Shown: one piece after another, positions 21,157-31,640 of the stretch | How the letters are laid out: every line of letters starts with the position of its first letter | Numbering within the stretch: the stretch's first letter is position 1 | Virus record (IMG/VR): IMGVR_UViG_3300042295_000443 | Coordinates: 1 to 64,000 of that record | Length of the DNA: 64,000 nucleotides | Strand: one strand, 5' to 3' | DNA from: a virus | Made by a program: the position numbers and the translations under genes | Notes under the pieces: model-generated | What the model saw: only the letters and a program-made list of their open reading frames with translations | The model's database searches: none | What the model was told of the DNA's origin: nothing

Positions 21157-22020
21157 TTATTTCTTTTTAATACCACTTTTTTTCATCATAGAAGTACCAT
21201 TTTTAACAGGACCTCCCATTTGCATTTTTTTAGAAGTAGATTTTCCTGTTCTTCCCGGACGTGACTTTGCTCTAGTATTACCGTTAGTTACAGCAGAATT
21301 AGAAGATGAATTAGCATCTGCTCCAGCAGTTGACCCAGAAGATGTAATGTTAGAAGTATTACCACTATTACGGTTATCAGTATTTGATACAGAAGTACTA
21401 TTTGATGTACTTAATCTTTTTGGAACTTTTACACGGCTTGTTCCTAATACTTTTGCAACATTGTCTGCTCTATTAGATCTTTTTTTACTTACATTGTCAT
21501 AACCTTCTACACTAGCCACCATAGCTCTAGTTTTTGCTTTTTCAATTTTTCTTGATTGTCTTTTACTAAAATTTGATGGTTCAGAAGGAGTAGGAACTAC
21601 ATCAGCTTTTTTAAGTACTGGTTTGAATTTTTCTTTGAATCCTCCACCATTTTGGTATTTTTTAACACCCCCCATAGCCATTTTAGTTTTTTTTGTTCCT
21701 ACAGAACCACCTTTCTTTTGATAACCATTAGGTCCTGTTTGCATAGCTTTTACTTTTGCTTTATAAGCAGCTTGTTTTTTTGCCTCCTCTTTTGCTTTTG
21801 CGGCATTTGACAAATGTAATGCTTTATCTTTATTAAGTGCTGCTTGATCCTCTATAGTTCTAGCCTCTTTAGGCATGGCCATCCAGCTTTCACCAAATTT
21901 AACTAGAGAAGCCTTTGCTCTAGTTCCTATATCATTAAAAACACCTTCATTAAGTTGTTTAACACATTTTTTACCATTCCAATATTGTCCTTTAGGACAA
22001 GTTTTGTTTGTAGTTGCCAT
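21157..22020 (-). CDS. Lys-rich protein with CxxGxYWNGxKC module and four GG motifs
   Basis: ORF track; motifs QKKGG, MAMGG, YQNGG, MQMGG. Confidence 0.6.
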   Translation of the reverse strand: MATTNKTCPKGQYWNGKKCVKQLNEGVFNDIGTRAKASLVKFGESWMAMPKEARTIEDQAALNKDKALHLSNAAKAKEEAKKQAAYKAKVKAMQTGPNGYQKKGGSVGTKKTKMAMGGVKKYQNGGGFKEKFKPVLKKADVVPTPSEPSNFSKRQSRKIEKAKTRAMVASVEGYDNVSKKRSNRADNVAKVLGTSRVKVPKRLSTSNSTSVSNTDNRNSGNTSNITSSGSTAGADANSSSNSAVTNGNTRAKSRPGRTGKSTSKKMQMGGPVKNGTSMMKKSGIKKK

Positions 22021-22047
22021 TTTTTTTTAATTTTATATTGTTTATAA

Positions 22048-23079
22048 TTAAGAGTTCCATAATTTTTCAACAGCCATGTTAAGGTCTTTAAGAATATCCT
22101 CATTTAAAGGGTTCTTCATGTACTCAACTACATCTGATACATTCCTACCAAGTAAAGCATTTGACTTTGCATGATAGATATAACCATCTGGCTTATTAAT
22201 AATATACTTAAAAAATACGGAATCTCTAACAATTGATTTAATTTTTAATGTTTCCATGTCCATATTGGTTGCTTCAATGAAAGATTTTGCTGCTCTTTCT
22301 TTATTGCTTTCCCCACCTTCACCATTAATGTACATATCCATATTCTCATATATCACATCATTTGGTGTTGACTTTCTATATTGTGTACTGTTTAAATCTA
22401 CCACTTTTGCTATGTAGAATAACTTAGTACTATTCTTATCAAATAATTTTTGAAGTTCAGCCAAAGCTTTATTCCTCATTTTCTTGTATTCAGTTCTTGC
22501 CATTACAGTCTCTTCCTCTTTGTCTAAGTAAAACTTAGGAGCTACTGCTCTAGATCTTGCATCATCAAAACTTTTTGCTACTATTGAAAAACCTCCTGCT
22601 TCAATAGCCATTAACTTAATTCTATCATATGGATCTTTTGAATCCAAAAATAAAGGATCATTTCCACAAGCAATAGTTATTTTATTCCAGAATGATTTAT
22701 TATCTGGTCTTAATAACTGAACCTTGTTCCAAAACTCTTTATCATCAATATCTATTACATTAGCAGCTAAATCTTTTTCAAGATCTATAATTGCTAATCT
22801 AATTTCTCTTATTCTTGCTTCTCTAACTTCTGTAGGTAATAATTTAATTTCAGGAGCAAATTCATTTAATCCTGTTATATATCTTATTACTCCATTGTTT
22901 TCTAAACAAGCAAGTTGTTCATGGTGTTTTACTCCATCATAGAGTGACATACCATAATTTTCCAGCCCCATATTAGTTGCTGCATTGTCAAAGAACGGTC
23001 TAACAGCAATTGATGTTTTCTTGTTGTTAGCTTTGTTGGTTTCCACCATTGTGAAATTTTCCATTTGTTTGGTTTCCAT
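22048..23079 (-). CDS. Conserved head-associated protein downstream of MCP
   Basis: 343 aa; occupies the position of the conserved gene following MCP in crAss-like phages. Confidence 0.45.
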   Translation of the reverse strand: METKQMENFTMVETNKANNKKTSIAVRPFFDNAATNMGLENYGMSLYDGVKHHEQLACLENNGVIRYITGLNEFAPEIKLLPTEVREARIREIRLAIIDLEKDLAANVIDIDDKEFWNKVQLLRPDNKSFWNKITIACGNDPLFLDSKDPYDRIKLMAIEAGGFSIVAKSFDDARSRAVAPKFYLDKEEETVMARTEYKKMRNKALAELQKLFDKNSTKLFYIAKVVDLNSTQYRKSTPNDVIYENMDMYINGEGGESNKERAAKSFIEATNMDMETLKIKSIVRDSVFFKYIINKPDGYIYHAKSNALLGRNVSDVVEYMKNPLNEDILKDLNMAVEKLWNS

Positions 23080-23121
23080 TTGTTTGGTTTTTTATTGGTT
23101 TATATTGGTTAAGATTTAATT

Positions 23122-23153
23122 AAAAAAAAGGGAGAGTATTAGTCTCCCTTTTT
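23122..23153 (-). terminator. Intrinsic terminator after MCP
   Basis: AAAAAGGGAGA-ctaatac-TCTCCCTTTTTTTT on the minus strand. Confidence 0.8.
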
Positions 23154-23169
23154 AGTTTGTTATTATATA

Positions 23170-24786
23170 TTAGAAAGATCCACCAGTGATTGGATTTCTC
23201 ATAACTATTTTCAACACTTTAGTTGGGTCTTTTACCCATATAGCTGGCATAGTTTGAGACATCATTACACGGTAACCATTGAATTGTCCAGAGGATTGGA
23301 AGCCTTGGCTACGTCCCATGTAATCCATTGTACCATTTTGGTACCACCACTTCAGTTGATTATCCCAAGATAACTTCAACATAAAGATGTTGTCATTAGT
23401 ATTATCTGTGATATCAAAGATAATGAATGAGTAAGAACTTAATGGGAAACCATCTATGATAGGATTCTCAATATCATTTGTGTGTACATTGTCAAATGCA
23501 GGATTCAAAACAAACTTAACATTTGCCAAGAAAGGAATTACATAAGATGTGTAAGAGAAACCAAAATTCAAGTCCATACCTTTACCAGTGATAGCACCAA
23601 TATCAGCAGCCTGAATTAATAAACCTGATGCAATTGCTTCAGTTTTAATAGCTTCATTTACCATACGCATTCCACCCATACCTGTCTGAACTACTAGAGA
23701 ACGCTTAGGATCTGGACCTTGGAATTCAACCTTACCATTAAAGAAGTTATAGATTTCTCCACGGAACAAGTCAAGAGTAAAGTTATTTTTGTTGTATACT
23801 CTTTTGAAAGAGTTATCCAACTGCTTCCATAAACCTACTGATAACCTAACATCATCTGGTCCATCTTGACGAACTCTACCACCATGACCCCACATTAAGT
23901 AGGTCTCAATGTCAGTTGCTACCTTAGAAAGGTGAGCAGCTTCCATATTAGTTAAGAAAGTTCTAGAAAGATCTCCATTATCAAATGCTTTTTTTACTTT
24001 GTCTTTACCCATAACCTTAACCATATCATCCAAAGATGAGATAGAAGGATCTATGTTTTTATCAAATGTTCTCCAGATTTCAGTTACAGGAACTGTACCA
24101 TCTGCATTCATTCCACCTTTGATCATTAAGTCTGCTCTTGAAGATACAGAATAGTGAACGTGAGCTTCTGCTCCTCCTACAAAGTTGTAGAATTCACGGA
24201 AACCTGTGTTAGTGATAATGTCAGAGAATCTCTCACCATATTCACCACGGGCAGAACCTTTTCTGAATACCTTAGTACCATTAGCAAGATATTTATTATC
24301 TAAAAACTTGTAGTTGTCATTGTTAACTAACTGAACTGTGTAGACAAAACCATCACCCATTGGAAGAATATCTTCTGCAGTGATGTACATCTCACAACCA
24401 TTGTATTTGTCATACGTGATAATATCACCATGTCCAAATTCTCTTTTGTTAAGCTTGATACGGAAGGTTGTACCATCCACACCTTTAAAGCCATTACTTG
24501 ACTCAATGTCTTCTACAATGTAAGGAAGATCTACAGAGACAGGGGTCTGCCACTTGTACTCTCCACGAGCATTATCAACATTAATTACATTCTTACCACC
24601 AAAAGATGATAATTGGTAAAGAGGCATTTCAACTCTTTGAGCCATTGCCCAAAGGTCTACTGGACCTAAGTCCATTGGTTCTGCATCTTTCAGCATATTC
24701 ACCAGGTGGTATGAATCCACATGGGAACTTGCCGCATAGGCTGTATCCCGGAGGAATATGCCGTTGTTCATTACTGGAGTTGCCAT
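23170..24786 (-). CDS. Major capsid protein (crAss-like)
   Basis: 538 aa, follows portal and the acidic gene, strong terminator, codon bias of a highly expressed gene, C-terminal WVKDPTK motif. Confidence 0.8.
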   Translation of the reverse strand: MATPVMNNGIFLRDTAYAASSHVDSYHLVNMLKDAEPMDLGPVDLWAMAQRVEMPLYQLSSFGGKNVINVDNARGEYKWQTPVSVDLPYIVEDIESSNGFKGVDGTTFRIKLNKREFGHGDIITYDKYNGCEMYITAEDILPMGDGFVYTVQLVNNDNYKFLDNKYLANGTKVFRKGSARGEYGERFSDIITNTGFREFYNFVGGAEAHVHYSVSSRADLMIKGGMNADGTVPVTEIWRTFDKNIDPSISSLDDMVKVMGKDKVKKAFDNGDLSRTFLTNMEAAHLSKVATDIETYLMWGHGGRVRQDGPDDVRLSVGLWKQLDNSFKRVYNKNNFTLDLFRGEIYNFFNGKVEFQGPDPKRSLVVQTGMGGMRMVNEAIKTEAIASGLLIQAADIGAITGKGMDLNFGFSYTSYVIPFLANVKFVLNPAFDNVHTNDIENPIIDGFPLSSYSFIIFDITDNTNDNIFMLKLSWDNQLKWWYQNGTMDYMGRSQGFQSSGQFNGYRVMMSQTMPAIWVKDPTKVLKIVMRNPITGGSF

Positions 24787-24817
24787 TTTTATATTTGTTT
24801 TATTTGTTACTTATTTA

Positions 24818-26068
24818 TTAAAATCTTCTAAACATATTTCCACCATTTCTGGAAATTGTTTTTTGTTGTTTAGTTCCAATTGATCTTTTATCACTTCCTT
24901 CATCATTTATTACTGAAGAAGTAATTTTTCTAGCTTCTTCTGTTTTTAACATTCTTACAGTTTTTTCTGTAGCTATTTTAGATCCTTGATCTCTTACTTT
25001 ACCTTTATATCCTTCTGGATCTGCAAGTAACCAAAGTGCTTCTGCAATTAGATCATGTCTTGGTTCTACAAACTGATACTTTTCTAAAAGGTGGCCTAAC
25101 ATATTTGTAGGTTTCCCAGATATTGAAGGGTAATTTGGTTGAACTAATCCTGAATATAACATACCTTGTGTTTTTTTATCAAGTTTAATTCCTCCTAAGT
25201 CACCTACTGAAAGTGTATTATATACATTATCAGTATATTTTTTTGCAGCATTCTGTTGCTTTTCTTTTTTTGTTTCTTGTTCAGCTAGTTGTCTTGCAAC
25301 AATTTCTTCTTGCATTCTATCTAACTTAGGTTTAAACTGATTAGCTTTTTGCTCCAGTCTTCCCATATCTCCCCATTCTTCTATTTCTGTTTCAATCTCT
25401 TCAGCTGTTCCAAAATTAGTAGCCCAAAGATATTGTCTTGCAATTTCTGCTTGATCATGTTCATCAGCTGGATCCAGTTGAATCATTTCTTCTACTTGAG
25501 CCAGTGTTCTGAAAAGACCTTTTAAATCTTGTCCTCCATCTGCAACATACTTTGCTGCAATTTGAAGTTCTTCTGGTAAAGCATTAAAAAATTCTTTTGG
25601 AGTATTCTCTCTAATTTTATTTTCTCTTTCTTGAAAATTTGCTTCAAATAATTCTCTAAAGTCTTTAGTAGTATATTCTTCTAATGGTTTATCATCATCA
25701 AATCCAACTAAAGAACCTTCTTCAATCATTTTTTGTGCTAGGTCAGCAAGACCTGATTTATCTACTTTAGGTCTTCCTTTACCTCCAGCATCTTCAGCTT
25801 GACTGATTAATCCATCAAGTTCAGCTATTGCTTCTTTTACTTCTGCATCTTCTTCTTTCTTTTCAGAAAAGGAAGATTTGTCAAGGAACGTAGTGTCTAC
25901 ACTCTCCTTAGAGAACATAGTCTTTGGTTTTTCTTCTTCTTTACCATCTGATGGAAGCATTACACTTTCAGCACCTGGTATTCCAAATAATTCATCAATG
26001 TTTACATCTGCTTGTCCTACCGTTGTAGAATCCTGTATTTGAGTTTCCTCAATTTTGTCTTTTTCCAT
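24818..26068 (-). CDS. Acidic scaffold-like protein
   Basis: 416 aa, very D/E-rich and helical, between portal and MCP. Confidence 0.55.
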   Translation of the reverse strand: MEKDKIEETQIQDSTTVGQADVNIDELFGIPGAESVMLPSDGKEEEKPKTMFSKESVDTTFLDKSSFSEKKEEDAEVKEAIAELDGLISQAEDAGGKGRPKVDKSGLADLAQKMIEEGSLVGFDDDKPLEEYTTKDFRELFEANFQERENKIRENTPKEFFNALPEELQIAAKYVADGGQDLKGLFRTLAQVEEMIQLDPADEHDQAEIARQYLWATNFGTAEEIETEIEEWGDMGRLEQKANQFKPKLDRMQEEIVARQLAEQETKKEKQQNAAKKYTDNVYNTLSVGDLGGIKLDKKTQGMLYSGLVQPNYPSISGKPTNMLGHLLEKYQFVEPRHDLIAEALWLLADPEGYKGKVRDQGSKIATEKTVRMLKTEEARKITSSVINDEGSDKRSIGTKQQKTISRNGGNMFRRF

Positions 26069-26095
26069 TACTTTGGTTTTTGTTGGTTGTTAATG

Positions 26096-26107
26096 TAATA
26101 TACTAAT
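26096..26107 (-). promoter_or_regulatory. Late promoter motif ATTAGTATATTA
   Basis: Upstream of the scaffold/MCP operon. Confidence 0.55.
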
Positions 26108-26163
26108 TAAATTTTAAAAATTTAAAATAAAAAAACTTTTTTTAGCAGTATATGGCTAAAGGT

Positions 26164-28908
26164 CTATTTCTTTTTCTTAGAATCTTTAGAATCAAATTTA
26201 TTTTTGTTTTCTCTAGCAATTTCTAACTGAGTTTGAGCAATATCTCTTTGAACACCTAGCTTCTCTCTTTCAATATCTATTTTCTGATTACTTCTTACAT
26301 TTTCATTAGATTGTTTTTCTCTTGCTAAAGACATTTGTTCTTGATATTGTTCACTTTGTCTTATCTCTTTCATAGATTCTGAAAAGTCTGATTCTTCATT
26401 TTTATTAATATCAGCCATAGCTCCATAACCTGCTGCTTTAATTTCAGCAATAAGAACTTGATTTTGTCTATCTTTTTCAGAATTTGATTCTTCATACTCT
26501 CTTCTCAATCTTTCTTCTTCTGCTTTTGCTTGAATCTGTTGTTCTTGCATTTGCTGTGCAGACTGTTGTTCTTGTTGTTTCTGTTCACTTTGTTTAGCTT
26601 CAGAAGCTTTAAGAACAGTATTAAGTTGAGCAATAGAATCTGCTTGTACTATTTGTCCTAAATCAAATATTGAAGCTCCTGTAGTGTTGTTATTCATAGC
26701 CATTCCTTTTAGTTGATCTAGGATAGCTCTATGATTAGCAGTAGTTGTACAAAATATATTAAGATCTCTCATTAATAAATCAGTTCCTTTTATTTCAAAA
26801 TTTACTTTTTCATCTGCTCCTGTAATATAAGTTAATCTTGCAGATGGCTTAGTAGAGTTATAAAATTGTGCAACATCAGTTCTCATCTGGTGTACTCTTG
26901 GCATTAAGTAATCACAATGCTGTATAAAGAATATTTCTGTTTGTGCATAAGATGCTGAAGCAGCTTGTTCAACTCCAGTAGCAGTTATCTGAGATAGTTG
27001 TTGTCCCATTCTTTGTGGATTAAGACCTATTACTTCAAAGGCTTGTTGCTTAAAGTGATTAGCTAAACTTATTCTAGACATTAATCTTTCTGTCTGAGAT
27101 AGATCTAGTTTCTGGAAATGTTGGAAGTTAAGTGCATTCTCTGTATTAGTAATACTAGTATCAAGAGGAAGCATCTGAAAATTCTTCATTGCCATGTATG
27201 CTTTAGCATAATTACCTTTACCCCAATCTTCTCCTAAAGAGTGCTTAGGAAGAGTGTTCTGATCTAACATGATAATAGTACCTAACTCATCTACTAATAT
27301 GTCAGCAATCTGGTTGTTTACTATGTTGTACCCAATCTGGTATGGCTTCATTAAATCAAGTAAAGCTGTAGACTTAGTATTTCTATCTGAGAATACTGCA
27401 CCTTCTACAGGAAGTTTACATCCATAAAGAGTATTATCACCTTTAAATTGAAACTTAAGAGGACCCATTACATTTTTATCAATACCTATATACATAGGAG
27501 CAAATCCTCCAGGATTACTTGTTCCCCAATAAGATGGCATATTAGGTCCTATCTTTATACCACCCCATACTTCATTAATCCATATCCAATCAATATGATC
27601 TCCAAAGATTACATTATCTTTAGTTTTATTTTTAAATAATCTAGTATCATAAATAGGTTTGTCAATTACTACATAATCTTCAGTTATTATTTCATTTATT
27701 ACTTCACCATTATCTGCAACTTTAGTAAGATGACCTACTTTTCTTTGAGACTTCCAATACATTGTAGAACATCTTAATAAATTAAGAAAACCTTCTCTAG
27801 TAAAATCTTCACCTTCAGAAAGAATTTGTTGTACTATATCTCCTTGTGTACCATTCATTACAGCAGAAGTATACTGCCTCATTCCAAGAGAAGGCATATT
27901 TGTATTCCATTCATGTGATTTAGTTGCATCATAAAATGAACCATCATTTTGCATACCACCAATATTGTAACCAGCTGATCTAATTGGAAAAATAGCTTCT
28001 AATGATAGTAACTGTTCTTCTGTCATTAAGTATCCATACTTATCTATAACATCTGAAGGAGTTAATAAATCTGTTTTACCAACCCAATTAGCTTGAGAAA
28101 TATACCTTGCATCTGGAGATTTATGATAAAAACAAACTACAGGATTCCAAAGTTCTACTTCATAATCATCCTCCATCATTCTCATATGCCAAAATTCTCT
28201 ATCTGTAATTAAGGAATCTCTAAAAGCTCTCTCTTCTAATTCATCCATAGAAAATCTTTCTACATCTACCTTATGTTGGTGAGTTGCCCACTCTTCTATC
28301 ATAGATCTATAATCTTTTTTAAAGAATTGTTCTATTTCAGGAAGTGTTCTTAATTTTTCTGGATTTAATTCTTCTTGAGCTTCAGGTGATTCTGGATCTA
28401 AACCTTGTTCTAATAAAGCAGCAGAAATTTTTACTTGTGCATTAGACATTAAAACTTCTTCAACTGCAGCTCTTTTTTCCTCCATCATTTCATTATAAGA
28501 GTATTCATCTACTGCACGGTATGTAAGTTTAGTAGATCTCTTAGCAAATTCAGCTACTAGAACATTAATAACATTTGGAATAATTGGATAAAACTTTAAT
28601 TCTAAAGCAGCAGAATCATCATTTCTTGTAAGATAATCTACAATGTCACTGTTTTCATTATTTTCTTCAACAATATAATCAGATCTATCTATAATACCTT
28701 TTGCAAGTTTATAGTTCTTCATTAACCTTCTAGCATTTCTACGGATCTGTCTTATACCTTGCCATTCTATCCAGTCAAGATTCCAAGCAGACCATTCTTC
28801 ATTTTTATCTTTTTTAGAAATAAATTGTAATGGTTGAGTTAAACTCCCCATTCTATTTGTTTCTGATTTAGCTCCAGCTTTAAGCTGCATTGCATTATAT
28901 ACTTGCAT
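26164..28908 (-). CDS. Portal protein
   Basis: 914 aa after TerL. YPIIPNVINVLVAE, WINEVWGGIKIG and MKPYQIGYNIV motifs, and a Q-rich coiled-coil C-terminus. Confidence 0.85.
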   Translation of the reverse strand: MQVYNAMQLKAGAKSETNRMGSLTQPLQFISKKDKNEEWSAWNLDWIEWQGIRQIRRNARRLMKNYKLAKGIIDRSDYIVEENNENSDIVDYLTRNDDSAALELKFYPIIPNVINVLVAEFAKRSTKLTYRAVDEYSYNEMMEEKRAAVEEVLMSNAQVKISAALLEQGLDPESPEAQEELNPEKLRTLPEIEQFFKKDYRSMIEEWATHQHKVDVERFSMDELEERAFRDSLITDREFWHMRMMEDDYEVELWNPVVCFYHKSPDARYISQANWVGKTDLLTPSDVIDKYGYLMTEEQLLSLEAIFPIRSAGYNIGGMQNDGSFYDATKSHEWNTNMPSLGMRQYTSAVMNGTQGDIVQQILSEGEDFTREGFLNLLRCSTMYWKSQRKVGHLTKVADNGEVINEIITEDYVVIDKPIYDTRLFKNKTKDNVIFGDHIDWIWINEVWGGIKIGPNMPSYWGTSNPGGFAPMYIGIDKNVMGPLKFQFKGDNTLYGCKLPVEGAVFSDRNTKSTALLDLMKPYQIGYNIVNNQIADILVDELGTIIMLDQNTLPKHSLGEDWGKGNYAKAYMAMKNFQMLPLDTSITNTENALNFQHFQKLDLSQTERLMSRISLANHFKQQAFEVIGLNPQRMGQQLSQITATGVEQAASASYAQTEIFFIQHCDYLMPRVHQMRTDVAQFYNSTKPSARLTYITGADEKVNFEIKGTDLLMRDLNIFCTTTANHRAILDQLKGMAMNNNTTGASIFDLGQIVQADSIAQLNTVLKASEAKQSEQKQQEQQSAQQMQEQQIQAKAEEERLRREYEESNSEKDRQNQVLIAEIKAAGYGAMADINKNEESDFSESMKEIRQSEQYQEQMSLAREKQSNENVRSNQKIDIEREKLGVQRDIAQTQLEIARENKNKFDSKDSKKKK

Positions 28909-28913
28909 ATCTA

Positions 28914-31121
28914 TTATTTAAAGTTCTTAAAAGCTGATCTTTTAATATATTGTCCATTAACTTTAGCTCTGTTTCCTCCCATATGACGGAAAGGACTGCT
29001 ATTTAATTTAAACAAATTTTCTGACTTTTGCAAGTTTTTACTTGCATCATCCATAATAACTCTTTTAGTATAACCTATATTTGCTTGTTGTATTCTCATA
29101 AATGCAACCATTGCAGAAAATGCAACTAGTCTATCCACGTTTAAACCATCTGTATAGGCATGCATTTCTTTAAGCAACATTATATCTGGGATCCTTTCTA
29201 TACCATAAGTTGTTCTTACTATAGTTCCATCAGGTTTAGTTACAGTATCTAGTTCTTCTTTACAGTATTCTATGACATAACTTAATAAGTGATGTTTAAA
29301 TAGTACTCCTGTATTTCTCCAACCATACTCCTGGAAGACGTTAGCATTTGCACCTAAGTCTTTTAAGAACATTATTTGGTTTTTAGGAACTAAATATCTT
29401 TGTCTTTTTCTAGATATCATGTATAAGATAAATAAAGAAATATTATTCTCAATTACAGTTTGAGCATTATACCACTCTATGATCATTTCTAATCTTTCAT
29501 GTGTTTGCTTGATATCATCAAATCTTCCACACCATGCTGCTACTATTTTATCTTGTTCTATATATGTTTCTGTTTCATCTACTGTAACTTTAGTTACTTC
29601 TACAGGAGCTTTCATTACATAGATAGAACATAATGAGTCTGAAGTAGTTGTCTTTCCTTCTGCTACAGGGTCAATAGATGCATAGTACTGGCCATAAACG
29701 GGATCTTTAACTGGTCTTTCCCATACTACTAAACATCCAGTTTTATCTTCTGTCTTTTTAGATAGTGGAAATTCAGATATTGGTAACTTATTACTATCTT
29801 TTACTTTAATCTTTCCTGTATCATCTCTAGATATATCTAGATATTCATAAGCATATTCTTTATCTTCTATTCTTCTTATTTGAGCAGTAACAAGATGTGA
29901 TGGAAACTTAGATACTTTTCTATGTTTAAATGCTTCTGCTATATTTCTAGGGTGCTGAGATATTTCTAACTGGTAATCTTCAGGGTCCATAGATTTTTTT
30001 ATCTTCTCAAAATAATCATCTAATGCTTGTAATGCTTCTTCTACAAGTGAATTACCATAATCATCTATGTAAGGAGGCATTGACCATTGTTCAGGAATAA
30101 ATAAACCTGACTTACCTAAAGTACCTTGCTCATCTAACAAATCTGTCTCTACAGAATAGATATCATTAGCTTCTGGATCTAGAATCATTTTCTTTAATGG
30201 CTCACATTGATCTAAATCACCTACTGATCCTGCTGCTATAAATAATCCTGTAGTAATCATACCTGATTTAAGAGCTGGTTTAATGTATCCAAATGTTGTA
30301 TTCATTTTAGGAGCAATACCTGCCTCTTCATGAAAGAAATATTTAACTGGTCCACCTACTCCATTTGTTGGATCTTTATCAAAAGACATTCCTTGTAAAG
30401 TTCCTTTTAATCCTACCTCAGCTTTTCTATCTCCTTTTCTTACTTCAATCTTTTGTTGCCACATCATTACTTTATCTGGAGACATTGGTCTATACCAAGC
30501 AGTGTGTTCATTTAAGAATGCAGCATATTCATTTAGAAATTTCCATGTTCCTTTCTCATTAATGTAATCTTTAAGACTAGCTCCCATCTTAAGTGTAACT
30601 CCAGCCTCAAACCATAACTGATTAATTAGTTTACCTGCATGAAAATAACTAGATGCAATCTGTCTTTTCTTTAATATAGCAGCATGTAAATAGAATAGTT
30701 CTGCAAGTACCTCATATAATGCCATATGATATTGTGCATCCCTTATTTGAGCAAAGTCAAACTTCTGTTGTTCCTTATCAAATATAGGTAAGAAGTTTAA
30801 CCACATATAATAATCTCTGGTAAGATACCATGTTTTATTATCTGATTTAACTAATACTCCTAGTCTACATTTATTTTTCTGATCATCCCAGTAATTAACA
30901 AAGTCTCTAGATTTAAATGGTGCAGTACAGTATACTTTAGTTTCTCTAAACTTTCTAGACTCAGCAATAAATATTTCATTTGTTGCTTCATTAAACTCAT
31001 ATTTTCCAGGTTCTCTAAATATAGAAAATAAAAAGTCTCTCCATTCATCTCTTGATTCAAAAGATGTTGTTGTCCATGTACCATTATCCCATGTAGGAAT
31101 ATCTTTATATATGTCATCCAT
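28914..31121 (-). CDS. terL: Terminase large subunit
   Basis: LKKRQIASSY (Walker A-like), FFHEEAG (Walker B), YYASIDPV nuclease motif, DRLVAF. Confidence 0.9.
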   Translation of the reverse strand: MDDIYKDIPTWDNGTWTTTSFESRDEWRDFLFSIFREPGKYEFNEATNEIFIAESRKFRETKVYCTAPFKSRDFVNYWDDQKNKCRLGVLVKSDNKTWYLTRDYYMWLNFLPIFDKEQQKFDFAQIRDAQYHMALYEVLAELFYLHAAILKKRQIASSYFHAGKLINQLWFEAGVTLKMGASLKDYINEKGTWKFLNEYAAFLNEHTAWYRPMSPDKVMMWQQKIEVRKGDRKAEVGLKGTLQGMSFDKDPTNGVGGPVKYFFHEEAGIAPKMNTTFGYIKPALKSGMITTGLFIAAGSVGDLDQCEPLKKMILDPEANDIYSVETDLLDEQGTLGKSGLFIPEQWSMPPYIDDYGNSLVEEALQALDDYFEKIKKSMDPEDYQLEISQHPRNIAEAFKHRKVSKFPSHLVTAQIRRIEDKEYAYEYLDISRDDTGKIKVKDSNKLPISEFPLSKKTEDKTGCLVVWERPVKDPVYGQYYASIDPVAEGKTTTSDSLCSIYVMKAPVEVTKVTVDETETYIEQDKIVAAWCGRFDDIKQTHERLEMIIEWYNAQTVIENNISLFILYMISRKRQRYLVPKNQIMFLKDLGANANVFQEYGWRNTGVLFKHHLLSYVIEYCKEELDTVTKPDGTIVRTTYGIERIPDIMLLKEMHAYTDGLNVDRLVAFSAMVAFMRIQQANIGYTKRVIMDDASKNLQKSENLFKLNSSPFRHMGGNRAKVNGQYIKRSAFKNFK

Positions 31122-31123
31122 AA

Positions 31124-31639
31124 TTAACTGTCATAGGCAAGACCTTGACCTCCTCTAACTTTACTAGATTGTTCTTCTTGTAAATCTTTATATACTCCTT
31201 TAAATGAAGCTCTAATCTGATCAAAGTTTTTTGCTGCAGCAACTATAGAATTTATATTACCATCTCTTCCATCTGTAATAGGTGTATTCTCCATATATCT
31301 ACCTAATCTATCTAACATAGATGCAATACCTTTGTATGCTCTAGATGTTGGTGTTTCATACATTCTCTGGCAAAACTGTAAAGCAGTATGGATATCATCA
31401 TCCTCTAATGAAAAATCTCCATTTATTTCTTTCATAATTAAATACTCTTTGTCTATATCAGGTGCATAGAAAAAAGGATTCATATCTGGATTAGGACATG
31501 TCATGTAAAACAAATACAAGTAAATCTTAAGATGTTCTTCTGGATAGTTATCCATTATATCTTTTAAAGCTTTTAGTGTATAGCAATGTTCTGTTGGTAC
31601 AACAATACCATTTTGTACATCAAATAGTCTTACTAACAT
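31124..31639 (-). CDS. Conserved protein upstream of TerL (possible terminase small subunit)
   Basis: 171 aa, helical, directly upstream of terL, C-terminal VRGG. Confidence 0.4.
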   Translation of the reverse strand: MLVRLFDVQNGIVVPTEHCYTLKALKDIMDNYPEEHLKIYLYLFYMTCPNPDMNPFFYAPDIDKEYLIMKEINGDFSLEDDDIHTALQFCQRMYETPTSRAYKGIASMLDRLGRYMENTPITDGRDGNINSIVAAAKNFDQIRASFKGVYKDLQEEQSSKVRGGQGLAYDS

Positions 31640-31640
31640 A

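Noticed and set aside
28914-31121. Intron or intein in TerL
   Set aside because: Continuous ORF of ordinary length for this group, with no intein-like or homing-endonuclease motifs.
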